DNA from: Gemmatimonadales bacterium | GTDB lineage: Bacteria; Gemmatimonadota; Gemmatimonadetes; Gemmatimonadales; GWC2-71-9 | NCBI GenBank assembly: GCA_041613315.1 | Contig: JBFJHJ010000010.1 | Location: 1-64,000 of the forward strand | DNA length: 64,000 bases | Direction: 5' to 3' | Shown: positions 59,738 through 64,000 of the stretch, one piece after another | How the letters are laid out: every line of letters starts with the position of its first letter | Numbering within the stretch: the first letter of the stretch is position 1 | The notes under the pieces: generated by a model | Told to the model about the DNA's origin: nothing | Databases searched by the model: none | Seen by the model: the letters and a program-made list of their open reading frames with translations, nothing else | Program-made: the position numbers and the translations under genes

Positions 59738-62484
59738 TCTCGACACAAACCGACGCGACGCAGCACGTGATGACGGTGGACGGCGAGGAGGTCGCTTTCA
59801 CCGGGGGGGAGACCATCTACGCGGTGGCCTCACGGTGCGGGCGGACGATTCCGACGCTGTGCTACGACCCTCGACTCGAGCCGTTCGGGGGCTGCCGGCT
59901 CTGCGTGGTGGAGGTGGAGGGCGCCCGCGCGCCGGTTGCCTCATGCACGACGAAGGCGACGCCGGGCATGGTCGTACGGACGCAGACGGGCGCCATCGAG
60001 GAGTTGCGCACGGTCCTGCTCGAGCTGGTGGCCTCCGAGAACCGCGCGCTCGACGTCGATCCGCTCCGGGGCTATGCCTCGCAGGAGCTCCGGACGCTGG
60101 TTGACCGCTATGACGCGCGCACGGGCCGGTTCGCCGGCGCGCGTTCGGGAACGACCAGGCCTGATGACGACAATCCGTTCATTCTGCGCGACTACGAGCT
60201 GTGTATCTCCTGCTATCGCTGCGTGCGGGTCTGCGCGGAGCAGGAAGGGGACTACGCGATCAGCGTGATGAACCGAGGCTTCCACACGCAGATCACCACC
60301 GAGTTCAACGGACTCCTCAAGGACTCCGCCTGCACCTTCTGCGGGCAATGCGTGCAGACGTGTCCGACCGGGGCGCTGGCGGACCGGAAAGCGATGCGGT
60401 TCGAAGACCACCCGGGCGCGATCGAGACGACACGCACGATCTGCCCTTACTGCGGCGTCGGTTGCTCGGTCGATGTGCTGACGAAGGACGGGACGCTCGT
60501 CGGCGTCCAGCCCGCCATGGACGGCCCGGCGAACCGCGGCGCGCTGTGCGTCAAGGGCCAGTTCGCCTACGACTTCGTGCAGCATCCTGAGCGTCTGGCC
60601 ACGCCCCTCGTGCGCGGCGACGACGGCGTGCTCCACCCGACCGGCTGGGACGAGGCCCTGGACCGTGCCGCAGAGGGGTTCCGCCGGGCCGCCGCGGAGC
60701 ACGGCCGGCACAGCATCTACGGCATCGCCTCCGGCCGTGCCCCGACCGAAGCAGCGTACACGATGCAGAAGTTCATCCGGGCCGGCTTCGGCACGAATCA
60801 GATCGACAACTGTAGCCGTGCCTGACACGCGCCCACGGTCGCCGGTCTGGTGGCCTCGATCGGACGCGGCGCCATGTCGAACCCCCTGGCCGACATGGAA
60901 AAGCCCGATGTGATCTTCTGCATCGGGACCAACATGACGGAGTGTCACCCCGTGGCGGCGACCCGGATCAAGCGGGCGCTGCGCCGTGGGGCGAAGATGA
61001 TCGTGGCTGATCCCCGACGGATCCCGCTCGCGGATCTCGCCGACCTCTATCTCCCCATCCGCGTCGGATCCGACGTGGCGCTCCTGCTGGGAATGGCCCA
61101 CGTGATCGCGCGGGACGGCCTCGTGAACCCGGCGTTCATCGATGAGCGTACCACGGAAGCCGAGGCCTTCCTCGAGCATGTCAGGCAGTTCCCGCCGGAA
61201 TGGGCGTCGTCGATCACCGGCGTGCCCGCACCGGATATCGAAACGGCCGCCCGCTGGTACGGGACCGCCGACCGCGGCGCGATCTACTACACGCTCGGCA
61301 TCACCGAGCACATCTGCGGCGTGGACAACGTTCAAAGCCTGTGCAACCTGGCTCTCATGACGGGGAACGTGGGGCGCGAGGGAACCGGCATCAACCCGAT
61401 GCGGGGCCAGAACAACATCCAGGGTGCGGGAGATTCCGGAGCGTTGCCGAATAACTATCCCGGCTTCCAGGCGGTGACCGACCCCGCACACCAGGCCACG
61501 TTCCGCGAGCGCTACGGCCGCGAGATCGACGGCGAGAAGGGGATCACGAAGGTCACAGCCCTCGATCTCTGTGGAGAACAGATCCGCGCGATGCTGATCG
61601 ACGGCGAGAACACCCTGCTCTCGGACCCAGACCGCTCGCACTGCGAGCATGCGCTCCGCAGCCTCGACCACCTGGTCGTCATCGACATCTTCCTCACGGA
61701 GACCGCGCAGCTGGCCGACGTCGTGCTGCCGGCGACCGCGTGGGCCGAGACGGACGGTACGTGTACCAACACCGAGCGTCGCGTCCAGCGCCTTCACGCC
61801 GCCGTGCCGCCGTTCGGGGAGGCCCGGCCCGACTGGTGGATCATCAGCCAGATCGCCCGGCGCCTGGGCATCCCGGGGTTCGACCTCACCTCGGCCGCCG
61901 ACGTGTTCAATGAACTGTGCAGTGTCTCGGCCATCTACGCCGGCCTCGACTGGGATCGGATCGAGCACGGGGCCTACCACTGGCCCGTCCCCCACCCCGG
62001 GCACCCGGGCACGCCGATTCTCCACCAGGGACGCTTCGAGAACGGCCGTGGCATCTTCCAGCTCATCAGTTACCGAGACCCGGCCGAGACGATCAGCGCG
62101 GACTATCCGGTGTGGCTCACGACCGGCCGCCGACTGGCCTCGTATCACACCCGCACGCAGACGGGCCGCGCGCAGGGCATCGACTACCTGCTGCCGGAGG
62201 AAGCGCTCGAGGTGCACCCGGACGATGTCGCGGCGTGGAAACTGGCGGACGGGGGATGGTGCCGCGTATCGAGCCCGCGCGGCTGCGTCGCGATCAAGGT
62301 GCGCGCCACGCGCCGCTCGCCGCGGGGCACGGTGTTCGCGAGCTTCAGCTTCGCCGATGTGCCCGTCAATGTCCTGACGGGGGCCGGCTACGACCCGGTC
62401 ACCCAGACGGCGGAGCTCAAGGTGTGCCCCGTCCGGGTCGAGCCAGCAGCCATGCCACCGCGGGCCGGCACGGCGGGCGCGTGA
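59734..62484 (+). CDS. fdhF: Formate dehydrogenase alpha subunit, selenocysteine-containing (916 aa, Sec364)
   Basis: 2Fe-2S domain, two CxxCxxCxxxC, CPYCGVGC, then DNCSRA-UGA(60823-60825)-HAPTVAGL continuing in frame into the Mo/W-bisPGD domain (RGQNNIQG, NTERRVQ, TTGR). Confidence 0.95.
60837..60855 (+). promoter_or_regulatory. Bacterial SECIS element
   Basis: GGUCGCC-GGUCU-GGUGGCC hairpin starting 11 nt after the UGA, the same spacing and GGUCU apex as the E. coli fdhF SECIS. Confidence 0.88.
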
Positions 62485-62526
62485 GTCACCGCCCGGAGCG
62501 GACCGGACACCGGCGACGGAGAACGT

Positions 62527-63111
62527 CTACGCTCCGAAGTACGCCGGCTCGTTCCCCTTCTTCCATTTGATATTGCAGCCGATGCTGGGCTTCTGGTCTG
62601 CGGGGACCGGTGTGCCGGCCAACACCGCGTCCAGCGCCCGCCGGAGATCCTTGCCCGTCACGCGCACGCCGGTCTTCGGCCGGCTGTCGTCGAGTTGGCC
62701 GCGGTAGACGAGTGCCCGGTCGCCGTCGAACACATAGAAATCGGGCGTGCACGCGGCATGAAACGCCTGGGCGACCGCCTGAGTCTCGTCGTGGCAGAAC
62801 GGGAATTGCCAGCCCTCCGCACGCACCAGCGCCTTCATGTTGGCCGGAGCGTCCTCCGGATAATTGGCGACGTCGTTCGAGTTGATCGCGACGATGCCCA
62901 CGCCCTTCGGCTGATAGTCCTTCGCCACCCGGCCCAACTCCGTCTTCACGTGCTTCACGAACGGGCAATGGTTGCAGATGAACATCACCAGGAGAGCCGC
63001 GCGGTCCGCAAAGTCCTCCGGTGAGACGGTCGTGCCCGTCACGACGTCCGTGAGCGAGAAGGCGGGCACGGTGGTGCCAAGAGGCAGCATGGTGGACGCC
63101 GTCTGCACCAT
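62527..63111 (-). CDS. Thioredoxin-fold AhpC/TSA-like protein
   Basis: FICNHCPFV, AINSND, DETQ.VA...A.CTPDF, YRGQLDDSRP, SIGCNIKW; AAAGGAG RBS. Confidence 0.92.
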   Translation of the reverse strand: MVQTASTMLPLGTTVPAFSLTDVVTGTTVSPEDFADRAALLVMFICNHCPFVKHVKTELGRVAKDYQPKGVGIVAINSNDVANYPEDAPANMKALVRAEGWQFPFCHDETQAVAQAFHAACTPDFYVFDGDRALVYRGQLDDSRPKTGVRVTGKDLRRALDAVLAGTPVPADQKPSIGCNIKWKKGNEPAYFGA

Positions 63112-63247
63112 GGGGACGCTCCTTTCGCGCGGGGGTCAGGGATGCGGCTCCATCCGCGTGTGCGGACAGGAAGGAATATACGCCGCCGCCGCTTCCGCCC
63201 GGAGCCCTCGCTTGACCCGCCGCCCGCTCCGCGGCCAGTATGCAGCC

Positions 63248-64000
63248 ATGGCGATCTCCTCCGATCGGCCCGACGCCAAACCCGATCCCCGCATGCGGCA
63301 CGTCACGGTCGTGCGCCGCCGCGGCGGCGAGCGCGTCATCGACCACGTCGCGACCGAGGATCCGCTCGAGATCCGGTTGGGGGGGACCCCCCTTGCCGTG
63401 ACCATGCGTACGCCGGGTGACGACGACGACCTGGTGTGCGGGTTTCTCCTGACCGAGGGGATTCTGCTCACCCCCGATGAGATCGCCCGCATCGAGCGAC
63501 TCGACGACTCACGCGTGGCGGTGCACTTCGCGCCCGACGTCGCGGTCGATCCCGCGCGGTTCCAGCGCAACATGTTCGTCTCCAGCTCCTGCGGGATCTG
63601 CGGCAAGGCCTCGATCGAGGCCGTCCAGCTCGTGGCGCGCCCCGCGGCCCCGTTCACGGTTTCGCGCGCCGTGCTTGGCGCGCTGACCGGCCGGCTCCGG
63701 GAGCGGCAGCCGACGTTCGACCAGACGGGCGGGCTCCATGCGGCGGGCGTCTTCGACCTCTCGGGCCGTGCCGTCGCCGTGCGGGAAGACGTGGGCCGCC
63801 ACAACGCGGTGGACAAGGCCATCGGCGCCACCGCCAGAGCCGCCTGGCCCCTGCCACCGGCGCTCCTCGTCGTGTCCGGCCGCCAGAGCTTCGAGATCGT
63901 GCAGAAGGCCGCGGTGGTCGGGATCGGCGGCGTCGTCGGCGTGTCCGCGCCGTCATCCCTCGCGGTCGAGCTCGCTCAGAGCCTCGACATGCTGCTCGTC
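63248..64000 (+). CDS. fdhD: Formate dehydrogenase sulfurtransferase FdhD (partial, runs off window)
   Basis: EDPLEI, TMRTPG.D..L..GFL.TEG, SSCGICG, TGGLHAA, EDVGRHNAVDK, SGR.SFE.V.KA. No stop in the window, so it is absent from the ORF track. Confidence 0.95.
   Translation, partial: MAISSDRPDAKPDPRMRHVTVVRRRGGERVIDHVATEDPLEIRLGGTPLAVTMRTPGDDDDLVCGFLLTEGILLTPDEIARIERLDDSRVAVHFAPDVAVDPARFQRNMFVSSSCGICGKASIEAVQLVARPAAPFTVSRAVLGALTGRLRERQPTFDQTGGLHAAGVFDLSGRAVAVREDVGRHNAVDKAIGATARAAWPLPPALLVVSGRQSFEIVQKAAVVGIGGVVGVSAPSSLAVELAQSLDMLLV

Noticed and set aside
59479..62484. FDH alpha as two genes or a nonsense pseudogene
   Set aside because: The stop is UGA exactly at the catalytic Cys/Sec position, the frame continues and a SECIS follows.

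Overview
GC-rich, gene-dense chromosomal backbone, probably from a Gemmatimonadota (FCB-group) bacterium; this is inferred from gene content and order, not from a search. I found no rRNA, tRNA, CRISPR array, transposase or prophage. Left to right: probable tyrS 3' end; HIT protein; class-V aminotransferase; patatin-ferredoxin fusion; MsbA-like ABC exporter; PorX-like REC-PglZ protein; DnaB C-terminal-only paralog; a ~15 kb co-directional cluster (yebC-ruvC-ruvA-small Zn-ribbon ORF-ruvB-queA-tgt-yajC-def-fmt-thiE-thiS-thiG-rsmB-PASTA-rpe-TlpA-YbbR-tsaD-lgt); a Ser/Thr kinase, small lipopeptide-like ORF and BTAD-AAA regulator; a cytochrome c-FTR1 iron permease with a Fur box over its start; acpS; TamA/BamA-TamB; FNR; pduO-phzF-aroB; a DnaA-box cluster and promoter before a sigma-70 factor; a Lon-N/glcD/HEPN-like/glcE/glcF/ygfZ/NRAMP run; two peptidases; and an NAD-linked formate dehydrogenase locus with fdhD. 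Signals the ORF track misses: the FDH alpha subunit is one selenoprotein gene (in-frame UGA plus SECIS); a 53-aa Zn-ribbon gene lies between ruvA and ruvB; rsmB, tsaD and aroB appear to start at non-canonical CTG/ATA codons overlapping the upstream stop; yebC has a long structured leader; and the DnaA-box array is helically phased. I cannot claim a proven new system. The best candidates are the kinase/lipopeptide/STAND trio, the DnaA-box/sigma locus, the yebC leader and the patatin-ferredoxin fusion.
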